Shown here: one piece after another, positions 21,299-31,688 of the stretch
How positions within the stretch are numbered: position 1 is the stretch's first letter
Layout of the letters: the number at the start of each line of letters is the position of its first letter
NCBI GenBank assembly: GCA_965226055.1
Contig: CBDDCA010000006.1
Coordinates: 160,001-224,000 of the forward strand
Length of the DNA stretch: 64,000 bases
Source: Spirochaetia bacterium
GTDB lineage: Bacteria; Spirochaetota; Spirochaetia; WTKD01; G963693115
Direction of reading: 5' to 3'
Notes under the pieces: model-generated
Seen by the model: only the letters and a program-made list of their open reading frames with translations
Database searches by the model: none
What the model was told of the DNA's origin: nothing
Made by a program: the position numbers and the translations under genes

Positions 21299-21582
21299 GA
21301 TATACCTGCTATAGTATGTACAAACACTTAAATATAAAAGAAAATCTCATTACCATATTTACATTTTAGCATATAGTGAGATAAATACTATACATATCCT
21401 GTCAAAAATACAATCACATCAATAGCAAAATATGAGTATATAAGATTTATCAATATTTTTAATACGCATCTTGATTTTTTATATTATTATACTAAATTAT
21501 ATATTGTAAAAAAATATAATGTATCAATATGTGATTTATCTCTATATTACACCATACATTGATATAAAAAAGGAACGGTATT

Positions 21583-22392
21583 ATGAATAAAATATCTCCT
21601 CTATGCACCTTGTTTATAACAAGCATTATGCTATTACTTAATAGCTGTGATATCATAGATCCTATTGATCTTCAATTACAACCACACTCTTATTCTCCTC
21701 CAACATGGATACAAGGAAAATGGGAACACGAGCAACTTACTATAACAGCTCTTGAAAATAACATTATTATTTGCGAAACAAAATATGTAGAAATAACTAC
21801 TAATTTTTCAAATATGATGAAATATAATGTAAAAGAAAACAAATCAACATCTCACCCCACATATCGTATTTCATTTAAGGAACAAGATTCACATTTGGGA
21901 GAAATAAACAACATCTATGAATTTATTAAGCAAAATGATAACACATTAATCTATAATCATTCAATTGAAATTGAAAACCAACAGCATAATTCAAGTAAAG
22001 CTACCTATACACTAACAAAACAAACTCCTCTTTATTCTTATTCTCCTCCAGCATGGATACAAGGCTCTTGGACATATAATGATATCACAATTACGCTGTC
22101 AAAAAATAATATTACAATCGTCAGTAACGATCTATGGATTGATTTCTCAAAACATATGATAGATAACATAATAGAAACAATACATGAAAATAATAATACA
22201 TATAGTATTGCTACTCAACAATACCATGAAGGTATAGGAAAAACAACTCAACAATTTACATTCATGAAGCAAGATAACTCCACATTAGTCCATACACATT
22301 CATCAGTACATTTAGAGAGCATATCAGACATAACGATTTATATACTAAAAAAGCAACAAAACACTCCTCCAATACTATACTATAACAAATAA
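21583..22392 (+). CDS. hypothetical lipoprotein with two homologous domains
   Basis: lipobox LNSC; SYSPP(T/A)WIQG.W occurs twice. Confidence 0.7.
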   Translation: MNKISPLCTLFITSIMLLLNSCDIIDPIDLQLQPHSYSPPTWIQGKWEHEQLTITALENNIIICETKYVEITTNFSNMMKYNVKENKSTSHPTYRISFKEQDSHLGEINNIYEFIKQNDNTLIYNHSIEIENQQHNSSKATYTLTKQTPLYSYSPPAWIQGSWTYNDITITLSKNNITIVSNDLWIDFSKHMIDNIIETIHENNNTYSIATQQYHEGIGKTTQQFTFMKQDNSTLVHTHSSVHLESISDITIYILKKQQNTPPILYYNK

Positions 22393-22405
22393 AGCACTTT
22401 ATTTA

Positions 22406-23158
22406 TCAATGTATCAATTTTTCTGGATTACTGTATCGTATAAGTGCCTTCGCTAACACATCTGTTGCATCAATAAGTAATGTATCTACCATGTTTTGAA
22501 ACAGAACCACTGGTATTTCAGTACAGCCCATTATAATCGCTTGTACTGTATACTCATCTTGCAAATCCTTTGATACCTGTTGTAATATCATCCTAGCTTC
22601 TTGTGAAGGAGGAGAAGACTGTGCCTTTATACCATATGCAGCATTGTATATACTTTGATGTACAAGCTCTTTTTTCTTCTCATTTGGTACACATAGCTCA
22701 ATATCATATTTTTTGAGTATATCACTATATAACTTAGATGCATATGTTCCTTTTGTTGCAAGTAACCCTACTCTATATATACTATTCTGTACAAGATACT
22801 CTGCAACTTCTTCAATCATATGGACAAAACGCATATCAGACATAGTATGTTTCTGTAATAAACTATCAATCTCTTCATGTATAGGAGCAATATGTGCCGT
22901 ATTACAAGGAATACCAACCGTATAACATCCTAGTCCATATAATTGAGTAATAACATCAAATATATCAAGTGCTGGATTACGTAATGTTCTATCATAAAAA
23001 TACGCTGTTCTATCTTCTATTGCATGAGCACAAGAAATATGATAGATAGGAATATGATCTTGATCTTGAACTGCTTTTGTATTTTTTATTACTTTAGCAT
23101 GTAAATCAACTCCAGCGAAAGGGCCAACTCCGCCAATAATGCCAATCTTATTTAGCAT
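22406..23158 (-). CDS. aspartate/glutamate racemase family protein
   Basis: IGIIGGVGP, PCNTAH and GCTEIP two-cysteine motifs. Confidence 0.92.
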   Translation of the reverse strand: MLNKIGIIGGVGPFAGVDLHAKVIKNTKAVQDQDHIPIYHISCAHAIEDRTAYFYDRTLRNPALDIFDVITQLYGLGCYTVGIPCNTAHIAPIHEEIDSLLQKHTMSDMRFVHMIEEVAEYLVQNSIYRVGLLATKGTYASKLYSDILKKYDIELCVPNEKKKELVHQSIYNAAYGIKAQSSPPSQEARMILQQVSKDLQDEYTVQAIIMGCTEIPVVLFQNMVDTLLIDATDVLAKALIRYSNPEKLIH

Positions 23159-25352
23159 CTAATATCTCATCACTATCAAAATAAAGAGTATCATACTCAT
23201 GAGATACTTCACCTTCATCCTCACGAAGCAACGCATCTATAGGATCAGAAATTCCTAAACCATAGCTATTTTCTTCTATTGTTTTTTCTATTGTATCACT
23301 CACTGTACTATCACTACTCTCTTCTTCTATAGAGCTTCCTTGCTTGACATATCCAAACAACTGGTATACGCTCGTAAATTCCTTCTTTCCTTTTAATTGC
23401 ACTGCTTCTAAGGCCTTATACTTAAACTCAGGACCCAACATTGATTTAGTTGTTTCTGAAATCAATATTTTTGTACTATATTCTTTATTGAGACCTTCTA
23501 ATCTACTAGTAACATTCACCGTATCACCTAATACAGAAAAATTAAATTTCTGTACAGAACCAAGTACTCCTACAAGAGCATGTCCCGAATTTACTCCAAT
23601 ACGAGTTGCAAACCGTATCCCGCTTAATGAAGCAATTTTTTCATTTATTATCTTATGAGCAAGTTGCATCTTTAATGCTGCTAGACACGCTTGTTCAGCA
23701 TGATTTTCATTTTCATCAAACACACCAAACAGTGCCATAATAGCATCTCCAATAAATTTATCAATGATACCATTTTGATCAGCAATAACATTACACATCT
23801 CCGTAAAATAGATACTCAATGCATCCGAAAGCTGTAGCGGAGAAAAATTTTCGGTAATACTAGTAAAAGAGACAATATCACTAAACAAGATACTAATATT
23901 TTTTTTATGTTCCATTCGTAACGATATTTCAGTATTCTTTTGTATGGAATCCACAATAACTTCTTGCGGTACAAATTTCTTAAAGGAAGACAGACTCTTT
24001 ATAACTCGATTATAGACTTCTCCTATATTTTTTATCTCTGTTACTTTCATCTTGCTCTGGTTATCTTTATACGAATTATCTAATTGTAATGAAATTATTC
24101 CTCCCATCAGATCAGATATATCCCCTATTTTATCTGATATGTTTTGTGTAAGCCTTGAGTACAGAACAAGGGCTATAATAAACATGATAGTCAACAATAC
24201 AATACCCAACTTTAATGTATTATAAAAATCTCCTACTAAGGTTGTATCTTCTAACACAAAAATGAGATTCCAATCTATACCATTAAATGTGTTCATATTG
24301 ACAGACGTATATATATACTTGCTTCCTTCATAAGAAAAAATATCGGTAAATGTATTTGAATTTATATTGATATTCCCTAAACTATTAAGAGACGAAGAAG
24401 GAAACAAAATATCAGTAAGAATCCTAACAATACTTTTTTTATCTAATTGATCCACTTGCTGTTCTCTCCTTTGAGAGAGATTATAAAGCATGTACTTTAT
24501 TTCACTACTTACAGCATAATCATCAACCTTAAATAACTGTATACCAGAAGCACGATTAGTCGTTCTTTGTTGTAATGTTGATCTATTATTCAAAAATATA
24601 TCATGATACGCTATAATGTTATCGTTATTATCACTGATAAGAGTAGCTCCTATATTACTAAAAGGTAACTGTACTATAAAATCAGCCAAATAGCTTAGGC
24701 TTATATCAATGGATATAACTCCTTCAAAGCCATCTACATTCACCTTTCTTGTCCCCGTTATTCCTAAAATTTTGTCCGAAAAGAAAATATAAGGTTCTGT
24801 CCATTTAATGTTACTAGCATTAGCATTTTGATACCATGGTCTTTTTCTTGGATCGTAGCCTTGTTCTAAACTTGATTCAGAGTATTCAGGAAATATAAAT
24901 CTGTTTTCTTTATTTTGATGTATCCATTCACTCACTATCTTTGACTCTGTCCTATATACATAGCGTTTACTAATACTATTATCAACCATTCGCTTGGCCA
25001 TATAAAAATTACCATTAAAATCAGCCATGTACAAGGCATTGATATTCACATCCGACTCTAAGAAACCAGACATAACATCATACCAATAATTAGGATCTGT
25101 TACCTCAAATATATCGCTACGGGCAATGTTATATAAAGAGTCAAGGGCATTTTCAGCATTAACAAAATATGCTTCAAGTTCACCTATTATATTTGAAGTT
25201 GCCACTGCTCCAAATTCTTTTGCTACTTTTAAGGATATAGAAGAATTTTGACTATAAAAAAGAGATATTATTGTAATAAACAACACTATAATCACTGTCC
25301 CCATCACAGTAATCAATAGAGCTTTTAAGGAAATTGATGTTCTATTTTTCAT
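23148..25352 (-). CDS. membrane adenylate/guanylate cyclase with Cache sensor domain
   Basis: TM-Cache (YDPRKRPWY)-TM, FSDIVSFT, DKFIGDAIMA, GDTVNVTSRLE. Confidence 0.92.
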   Translation of the reverse strand: MKNRTSISLKALLITVMGTVIIVLFITIISLFYSQNSSISLKVAKEFGAVATSNIIGELEAYFVNAENALDSLYNIARSDIFEVTDPNYWYDVMSGFLESDVNINALYMADFNGNFYMAKRMVDNSISKRYVYRTESKIVSEWIHQNKENRFIFPEYSESSLEQGYDPRKRPWYQNANASNIKWTEPYIFFSDKILGITGTRKVNVDGFEGVISIDISLSYLADFIVQLPFSNIGATLISDNNDNIIAYHDIFLNNRSTLQQRTTNRASGIQLFKVDDYAVSSEIKYMLYNLSQRREQQVDQLDKKSIVRILTDILFPSSSLNSLGNININSNTFTDIFSYEGSKYIYTSVNMNTFNGIDWNLIFVLEDTTLVGDFYNTLKLGIVLLTIMFIIALVLYSRLTQNISDKIGDISDLMGGIISLQLDNSYKDNQSKMKVTEIKNIGEVYNRVIKSLSSFKKFVPQEVIVDSIQKNTEISLRMEHKKNISILFSDIVSFTSITENFSPLQLSDALSIYFTEMCNVIADQNGIIDKFIGDAIMALFGVFDENENHAEQACLAALKMQLAHKIINEKIASLSGIRFATRIGVNSGHALVGVLGSVQKFNFSVLGDTVNVTSRLEGLNKEYSTKILISETTKSMLGPEFKYKALEAVQLKGKKEFTSVYQLFGYVKQGSSIEEESSDSTVSDTIEKTIEENSYGLGISDPIDALLREDEGEVSHEYDTLYFDSDEILDAK

Positions 25353-25396
25353 ATATTTTTTAGTAGTTTAGTAATTAGAATAGCAACATCACATAC

Positions 25397-26677
25397 CTAC
25401 CGTATATCCTGATATTTCTTAGTAAAATTATTATACAGTACACTCGTTAAAGCTGTATTTGTATGCATAATAATAGTTGAACGTAAAGGCTCTATAACAA
25501 TATCAATAGATATTAAAAATAATAGCGTTGTTTCAACAGGAATACCTATTGAAGATATAACTACCGCTAAAATACTTAATGTAGGAGTACCTGAAATACC
25601 AAATGTAGCAAGCCCTGCAAATATCACTGCTACAGCAAGAAACATATAAATCATGCCACTTAACTCTATATCATATAACTGAGCAGAAAAGATAGTTATC
25701 AAAGAAAAGTAAAAAATGTTCCCAAAACGACCTATCACCATCAATATAGGTAATACTGATTTTGAAAATACATAATTCACCTTAAATTTTGAAGAGAGTG
25801 TATTGATAAATATAGGCATAGTAACTATGCTGTTTCTCACTACAAACAGAGCAACTAAAGGATGAAAAGAAGCCATAGCTGAAGGTAACAATTTCTGTTT
25901 TGAGCTTACTGCGAGCATAACAACATTAGCACATAATAAGAGAAATCCAAAAATATAAAAAATAAGCACTAACTTACCAGTAGCAAAAATAACATTCATA
26001 TTCATCTTTGCAAATTCTGAAGCGGTAATACAGACTACAAAAATTGGTAACAATACCATTAAATATGATATTAATGTTGAAAATACCTCATATATTTCCT
26101 CAAAAAAACCAATAATAAGATATTTTCGACGCACCCCTCTTTTAGGAAGGGAGCCAATTGATAAGCCAAATAAAATAGAAAAGATGAGTATAGAAAAAAT
26201 ATGACTTGAAGACAATGAATTAAAAATATTTGAAGGGATAATCTTCAATAAAAAACTAATAAATCCTGTCTCAACCGTATCTTCTCCTGACAAATTTACT
26301 TCTACCACCTCACTCCGTAAATTTACCTGCTGTGATAGAATATCTTTACTCTCTGTAGATATATCCCCTGGAGTAAATAATACCCCCACCAGTATCCCTA
26401 ATAGAGCATATATAATTGATACAATTCCTACAAATAAGATAATTCTACCAAAAAAGCGCTTTAAGTAATCATTAGTAATAAATTTTCCTATACTACAAAT
26501 TATCGCAGATACAATTACAGGGATAACTGCCATGTTTAATAGTAATAGATAAATAGTAGAATATACAGAAAGATATGTTCCTATAATTTTATGTGAAGAA
26601 CCAATATAGATTCCTATTATTATTGATAATAGTAAGGTTATTGGGTTTTTTAGAATGTAAACTATATATTTTCTCAT
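25397..26677 (-). CDS. dicarboxylate/amino acid:cation symporter (DAACS/SDF), divergent
   Basis: LL.M.V.P.I, IIPSNIF, FSILFG motifs; multi-TM. Confidence 0.75.
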   Translation of the reverse strand: MRKYIVYILKNPITLLLSIIIGIYIGSSHKIIGTYLSVYSTIYLLLLNMAVIPVIVSAIICSIGKFITNDYLKRFFGRIILFVGIVSIIYALLGILVGVLFTPGDISTESKDILSQQVNLRSEVVEVNLSGEDTVETGFISFLLKIIPSNIFNSLSSSHIFSILIFSILFGLSIGSLPKRGVRRKYLIIGFFEEIYEVFSTLISYLMVLLPIFVVCITASEFAKMNMNVIFATGKLVLIFYIFGFLLLCANVVMLAVSSKQKLLPSAMASFHPLVALFVVRNSIVTMPIFINTLSSKFKVNYVFSKSVLPILMVIGRFGNIFYFSLITIFSAQLYDIELSGMIYMFLAVAVIFAGLATFGISGTPTLSILAVVISSIGIPVETTLLFLISIDIVIEPLRSTIIMHTNTALTSVLYNNFTKKYQDIR

Positions 26678-26685
26678 ATGTATTC

Positions 26686-27537
26686 TTACTGCTTATTTCT
26701 TACAAAATCTCTAAAATTATACTCATCAAGAAGCCTTCTTGTATCCTGTTGAATATTCATTGACTCTAGTACCCTATTTAAGTAAAACACAAAATGGAAT
26801 TCAGAAGGATGCACTGCTATAGCAATTGGATCTATTTGATCTTCAAGTATCACTGGCTTCAAAGTTAAGTTACTACTAGGCTGTGACTGCATTATTTTGA
26901 ATATCTCAAGCTCATCCCGATATATTGCAAACACTTCTCCATTTATCCCTGCATCTATAACATTTTCCCATGAATCTAATGAATCTATTTTAGCATGAGG
27001 AAAATTCAAATTTGCATATCGTTCATACGAAGAATTTTTAATGACACCAATATTCTCCTCAAAACTTTTTAAGAAAGATTTTAGCTCATTGTCTTTTACT
27101 CCAAACTTTGCTAGTTTTACTTTATTTATCAGTAATGCTTGACTAAACACAATATAGGGATCGGTATACAATACCCGTCTACTCCTCGCTAAGGTAAGAC
27201 TCAATTTAGAAGAAGCAAAATCAATCTCTTTATTAAGTACTAAAGGAATAAGATCATTAAATCCTTGTGCTGCCCTACTAATTCTCAAATCTACCCCAAT
27301 ACGGTTTGCTACTTCTTTTGCTATATCTACATCTAATCCTACCATAGTCCCATCAGAGCTTTCGTAATAAAAAGGAAACTGATCTACTGCAGTCATACCA
27401 ACAACAAGATATCCTCTTTCCTTTATCTCATCTATCTTAGCAGTGCTTATGCTTCCTGGTGTCTGAGTAAAAGCAGATATAGCACCTATTACTAATAAAA
27501 ATACCAACATTAACGATTTATTCATTCTCATCTCCAT
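26686..27537 (-). CDS. amino-acid substrate-binding protein (SBP family 3)
   Basis: IKERGYLVVG, G.DVDIAK, T..R...V.YT.PY. Confidence 0.85.
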   Translation of the reverse strand: MEMRMNKSLMLVFLLVIGAISAFTQTPGSISTAKIDEIKERGYLVVGMTAVDQFPFYYESSDGTMVGLDVDIAKEVANRIGVDLRISRAAQGFNDLIPLVLNKEIDFASSKLSLTLARSRRVLYTDPYIVFSQALLINKVKLAKFGVKDNELKSFLKSFEENIGVIKNSSYERYANLNFPHAKIDSLDSWENVIDAGINGEVFAIYRDELEIFKIMQSQPSSNLTLKPVILEDQIDPIAIAVHPSEFHFVFYLNRVLESMNIQQDTRRLLDEYNFRDFVRNKQ

Positions 27538-27548
27538 ACTTAAAATAG

Positions 27549-28850
27549 TTACTCTTTAGGTTCAATAACAGGCCCCTCATGTATTGATTGACCTGTTTTT
27601 TGATACTGTGAGTATAAAATTGCTGTTAATACTGTATTAGTATTAACAATTATAGTGGTACGTAAAGGATCAATAATAGTATCAATAATCAACAATATTA
27701 CTAACACAGTTTCAAAAGGAATACCAAGCGGTTCTACTATTAGCCCTAAAAGACTTAATGTGGCAAAACCACTTGCTCCTGCCGTAGCTACTCCTGCAAA
27801 CACAATACTTATACAAATAACTACCAATGCAGACACAGACAAATCAGTGTAATAAAGCTGAGCTGCAAAAAGAGTAACAAGAGCAAAATAAAAAATATTA
27901 CCAAAACGTCCTAATACTGTCATCAATGGCATAACAGATTTTGCAAATGAATGATCTACTCCTAAATCTTTTTTAAGAGAATCAATAGCAACAGCCATAG
28001 AGGCAATACTATTTCTTGTGGTAAATGCAATAATAGAAGGGTAGGCAACTATTCCAGTAACCTTAAAAAAACTTTTTTTCACACTTACTGCAAGTGCCAC
28101 ACTATTTGTTACTAACAATAGTATACCAAATATGTAAAAAGTAATAATCAATTTCGCACTTGCAAAAATAATATTAAATCCTGACCGTGCAACCTCTGAT
28201 GACATAATACATATAAGAGCAAAAGGGAGCAGCAACATAACATATGAAATAATACTTGAAAATATAAGATATATTTCTTCAAAAAACTCTACCACATATG
28301 CTTTATCACCCTTTTTAGGAATAGCCCCCACTGCAAGTCCAAATATAATGGAAAACACTAATACTGCCAGCACCTGATTTGAAGCTAAAGAGTTAAATAT
28401 ATTATCAGGAATTATCAATAGTAAAAAATCTTGAAGCCCATTATCCTGAGCTGTATCGGTTTCATCCAATCGTATACGTAATATCTCACTTTGTAAACTT
28501 ACTTGTTCAGACATTATTTCTCTACTTTCTTCGGATATATTACCGGGACGAAATACTAAGCCAATAACAATTCCTATAATAGCATACAAAATTGATACGC
28601 CAATAAGTACTAATATAATCTTCCCCAATAATTTCTGCATGCGAGAATTAGATACAAAACGACCTAAACTGGTAACAATGGCAGATATAAGGATAGGAAG
28701 TACTGTCATTTTAAGTAAAATTTGATATGCGTCACCATAAATTGACAAAGATAAACCTAATCCTTTATAGTATAAACCAATAAAAATACCTATCCCCATT
28801 GCAACAATTGATGTCAATGGATGTTTAATAAACTTCACAATAGTGTTCAT
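27549..28850 (-). CDS. dicarboxylate/amino acid:cation symporter (DAACS/SDF)
   Basis: LLKMTVLP, IIPDNIF, D.LRT..VN motifs; paralog of 25397-26677. Confidence 0.8.
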   Translation of the reverse strand: MNTIVKFIKHPLTSIVAMGIGIFIGLYYKGLGLSLSIYGDAYQILLKMTVLPILISAIVTSLGRFVSNSRMQKLLGKIILVLIGVSILYAIIGIVIGLVFRPGNISEESREIMSEQVSLQSEILRIRLDETDTAQDNGLQDFLLLIIPDNIFNSLASNQVLAVLVFSIIFGLAVGAIPKKGDKAYVVEFFEEIYLIFSSIISYVMLLLPFALICIMSSEVARSGFNIIFASAKLIITFYIFGILLLVTNSVALAVSVKKSFFKVTGIVAYPSIIAFTTRNSIASMAVAIDSLKKDLGVDHSFAKSVMPLMTVLGRFGNIFYFALVTLFAAQLYYTDLSVSALVVICISIVFAGVATAGASGFATLSLLGLIVEPLGIPFETVLVILLIIDTIIDPLRTTIIVNTNTVLTAILYSQYQKTGQSIHEGPVIEPKE

Positions 28851-28864
28851 AATTATCCTCTTCT

Positions 28865-29725
28865 TTATTTATTTTCTTTATATAACTGTAAAATTATTTG
28901 GGAATCAGTCTCTAAATCTATAGTCTCTAATACTCTGTTAATGAAAAATAAGAAATGGTATTCATTAGGATGTACTGCTATTGCTATAGGATCAGTGTTA
29001 TCTTTTAATAATACAGGCTTTAGCACTAAATTGCTATTAGCATTTTCTTGTATTACCTTAAATATCTCTACTTCATCTCTGTATATTGCAAAAACAGAAC
29101 CAGTAAGAGCAGCATTTACCACTTCTTCCCATGTATCAAATAATTCAATCTTTGCAAAGGGAAAATTACTCTTTGCATAACGAACATAGGAAGATCCTTC
29201 TACTACCCCCAAAGTACCAGAAAAACTTTTTAGCAAAGTATTTAATTTATTATTATCAATATTTGCTCTTGCTAGTTGTACTCTATTAAGAAATAACGCT
29301 TGACGCAATACAATATAAGGGTCTGAATATAATATCTTCTTTGATCTATCAAGGGTTCTGCTCAATTTTGATATAACTAAATCTACTCTCCTCTCTACTA
29401 CTAATGGAATAAGCGCATCAAACGAGGGAGCTTCACGATTTATTCTCAATGCAACATCCAATCGTGCCGCTATTTCAAGTGCTATATCTATGTCTATACC
29501 TGCCAGATTTGTTACATTTGTTTCAACTTCTGTATCTCCTACCTTGCTAGTATCAAGAGTATAATAAAATGGATAATTATCTACTGCTGTCATACCAACA
29601 ATAATATACCCTCTTTCTTTTATTTCTTGAATTTTTTGTGCATACTCTAATTGAGAAAAGAGAGCAGGAGATACAAAAAATATCATACATATGCTAATAA
29701 TGTTACATATATGTCGTTTTATCAT
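28865..29725 (-). CDS. amino-acid substrate-binding protein (SBP family 3)
   Basis: clear paralog of 26686-27537. Confidence 0.85.
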   Translation of the reverse strand: MIKRHICNIISICMIFFVSPALFSQLEYAQKIQEIKERGYIIVGMTAVDNYPFYYTLDTSKVGDTEVETNVTNLAGIDIDIALEIAARLDVALRINREAPSFDALIPLVVERRVDLVISKLSRTLDRSKKILYSDPYIVLRQALFLNRVQLARANIDNNKLNTLLKSFSGTLGVVEGSSYVRYAKSNFPFAKIELFDTWEEVVNAALTGSVFAIYRDEVEIFKVIQENANSNLVLKPVLLKDNTDPIAIAVHPNEYHFLFFINRVLETIDLETDSQIILQLYKENK

Positions 29726-29900
29726 AATTACTCATTTCTTTTTAAATTACTTACCGTTATTATCGCCATATTTCTGGGATTCCTTTATATTTTTTTATAT
29801 ATCTTCATATATAAAACTGCATTACCAGTAGTATTATAATAATATTTACACACTTTTTCAAGTAGCATGTAACAAAATTGTGCAAAAAAACCGAAAAAAA

Positions 29901-30374
29901 CTATTTTTTTTGTTCTGTTGTATTACTGGTAAGCATCTTATTATCATTTTTAAAATAAATAGGAAACAAAAGACTACAGAGTAATACTGTATAAACAATA
30001 AGTGTATATGTTATAACTCTTAGGAGTTGTGTATGCGGTATTATATAGTATAATAGGATATGTATTATTACAGACAGAGATATTATACTTAGAGCTATTA
30101 GTTTGATAATACCGATTCTTATTAGTGTTTTTCTAAAAAAAGGTTTGTTGTTTGTTACACTTGTTACTATTGTTGTAAATATATGTTGTAGTAGTTTATA
30201 CACAAAAGGGAGTGTAATTATCAGTATAGTTATTATTCCTGTGGGAATAACATAGCTAACTAAAAAATCTGATAAGGGTATTGAGTTATATATCATATGA
30301 TTTATCCCTATCATAGGGATAAGCAATATAGCGAGTACCACTAATATTGTAGTATATATAGTTGATTTTTTCAT
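29901..30374 (-). CDS. hypothetical 4-TM membrane protein
   Basis: four hydrophobic segments; AGGAG RBS upstream. Confidence 0.6.
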   Translation of the reverse strand: MKKSTIYTTILVVLAILLIPMIGINHMIYNSIPLSDFLVSYVIPTGIITILIITLPFVYKLLQHIFTTIVTSVTNNKPFFRKTLIRIGIIKLIALSIISLSVIIHILLYYIIPHTQLLRVITYTLIVYTVLLCSLLFPIYFKNDNKMLTSNTTEQKK

Positions 30375-30499
30375 AAAAAACTCCTCTATGATTATTTGTT
30401 TATATCAATTATCGTTTATTGCTGCCTTTAGTATAGTATATTGGTATACTATTATTGTAGATTCAAGCATTGCATGTGATACACACATTGTACTATATG

Positions 30500-31684
30500 T
30501 CAAATAGTACATTTATCTAAAGCACATAGTATATCAGTATTTATATGTAACTGTACTATCTCTCCTTCTTGAGGCCATTGTTTGCCTATGTCTTGTAATG
30601 TAATAATTTTTAAGCCCCTAAACATAGGATGTTGACTTTCTACTATGACTTTATAATGATTTCCCATAAAATACTTTTTTTCAACAAGCCAATTTTCTCC
30701 TTGAAATCGAGCAGATATATTGGAACGTATGTCTACCATATGGGGACGTACACATACAAAAAACTCTTTCGTTGTCTTAAAATCTTGATAGTTTAATACT
30801 TTCTCTTCAGGAATAAAACCACATGGAGAGCATAGTTGACCACAAATGCTTTGTTGTATAGGCAGAAAATTGACATCATCAAAATATCGTGCTATTGCAT
30901 GCGTTTTTGGACTATTGTATAGCTGAGAAGGACTTCCTTCTTGTATAATTTTTCCTTCACTGAGTAACATAATTTTATCAGCTAAATACATTGCTTCTGT
31001 CGATTCATGGGTTACCATAATCACTGTAGTATTTGAGGCTTTAATCTCTTGTAATTCTTCAATCAAAGCAAAAGAGGTAGCACTATCAATACTGCTAAAG
31101 GGCTCATCAAGCAACAAGAGGCGCGGATCTATTACTAATGCACGAGCAAGTGCAACTCGTTGAATTTGTCCTATTGATAGCTGATCAGGATACCGTTTTG
31201 CGTACCCTGCAAGCTTTATCTTATATAAAATATTCACTGTTTTTTCATATCGTTCATCTTTTGGCAAATGAGAAATACCGTACTGTATGTTCTGTTCGAC
31301 AGTAAGCTGTGGAAACAACGCATGATCTTGAAATAAAAATCCAACACTACGTTTTTCAGGAGGGACACATACAGTAGGTGATGAATATATTTTCTTATAC
31401 ATACTGATAGTTCCTTGAGAGGGCTGCTCAAAACCTGCAAGTAAGCGTAGTATAGTACTTTTTCCTCCTCCACTTGCTCCTCCTAAGACTGCGTATTCCC
31501 CTTCTTTCAACAAAAAAGAAAGGTTTTTTAGTACTTGTGGGAAAGCCTCTTTCTGTGCTTGTGTGCCTTGGGTTCTATTACGAGAAAAAAAATGCTGTAT
31601 CTTAGAAATACTGTTATGGGAAGCATATGAAAATGAGAGATTAGTAACATTAAGAAATTCTTTTTTTATATTGCTCATATACAC
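30500..31684 (-). CDS. fbpC: Fe3+ ABC transporter ATP-binding protein
   Basis: GASGGGKST, VPPEKRSVGFLFQD.ALFP, LLLDEPF; operon context. Confidence 0.8.
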   Translation of the reverse strand: MYMSNIKKEFLNVTNLSFSYASHNSISKIQHFFSRNRTQGTQAQKEAFPQVLKNLSFLLKEGEYAVLGGASGGGKSTILRLLAGFEQPSQGTISMYKKIYSSPTVCVPPEKRSVGFLFQDHALFPQLTVEQNIQYGISHLPKDERYEKTVNILYKIKLAGYAKRYPDQLSIGQIQRVALARALVIDPRLLLLDEPFSSIDSATSFALIEELQEIKASNTTVIMVTHESTEAMYLADKIMLLSEGKIIQEGSPSQLYNSPKTHAIARYFDDVNFLPIQQSICGQLCSPCGFIPEEKVLNYQDFKTTKEFFVCVRPHMVDIRSNISARFQGENWLVEKKYFMGNHYKVIVESQHPMFRGLKIITLQDIGKQWPQEGEIVQLHINTDILCALDKCTI

Positions 31685-31688
31685 TTTA

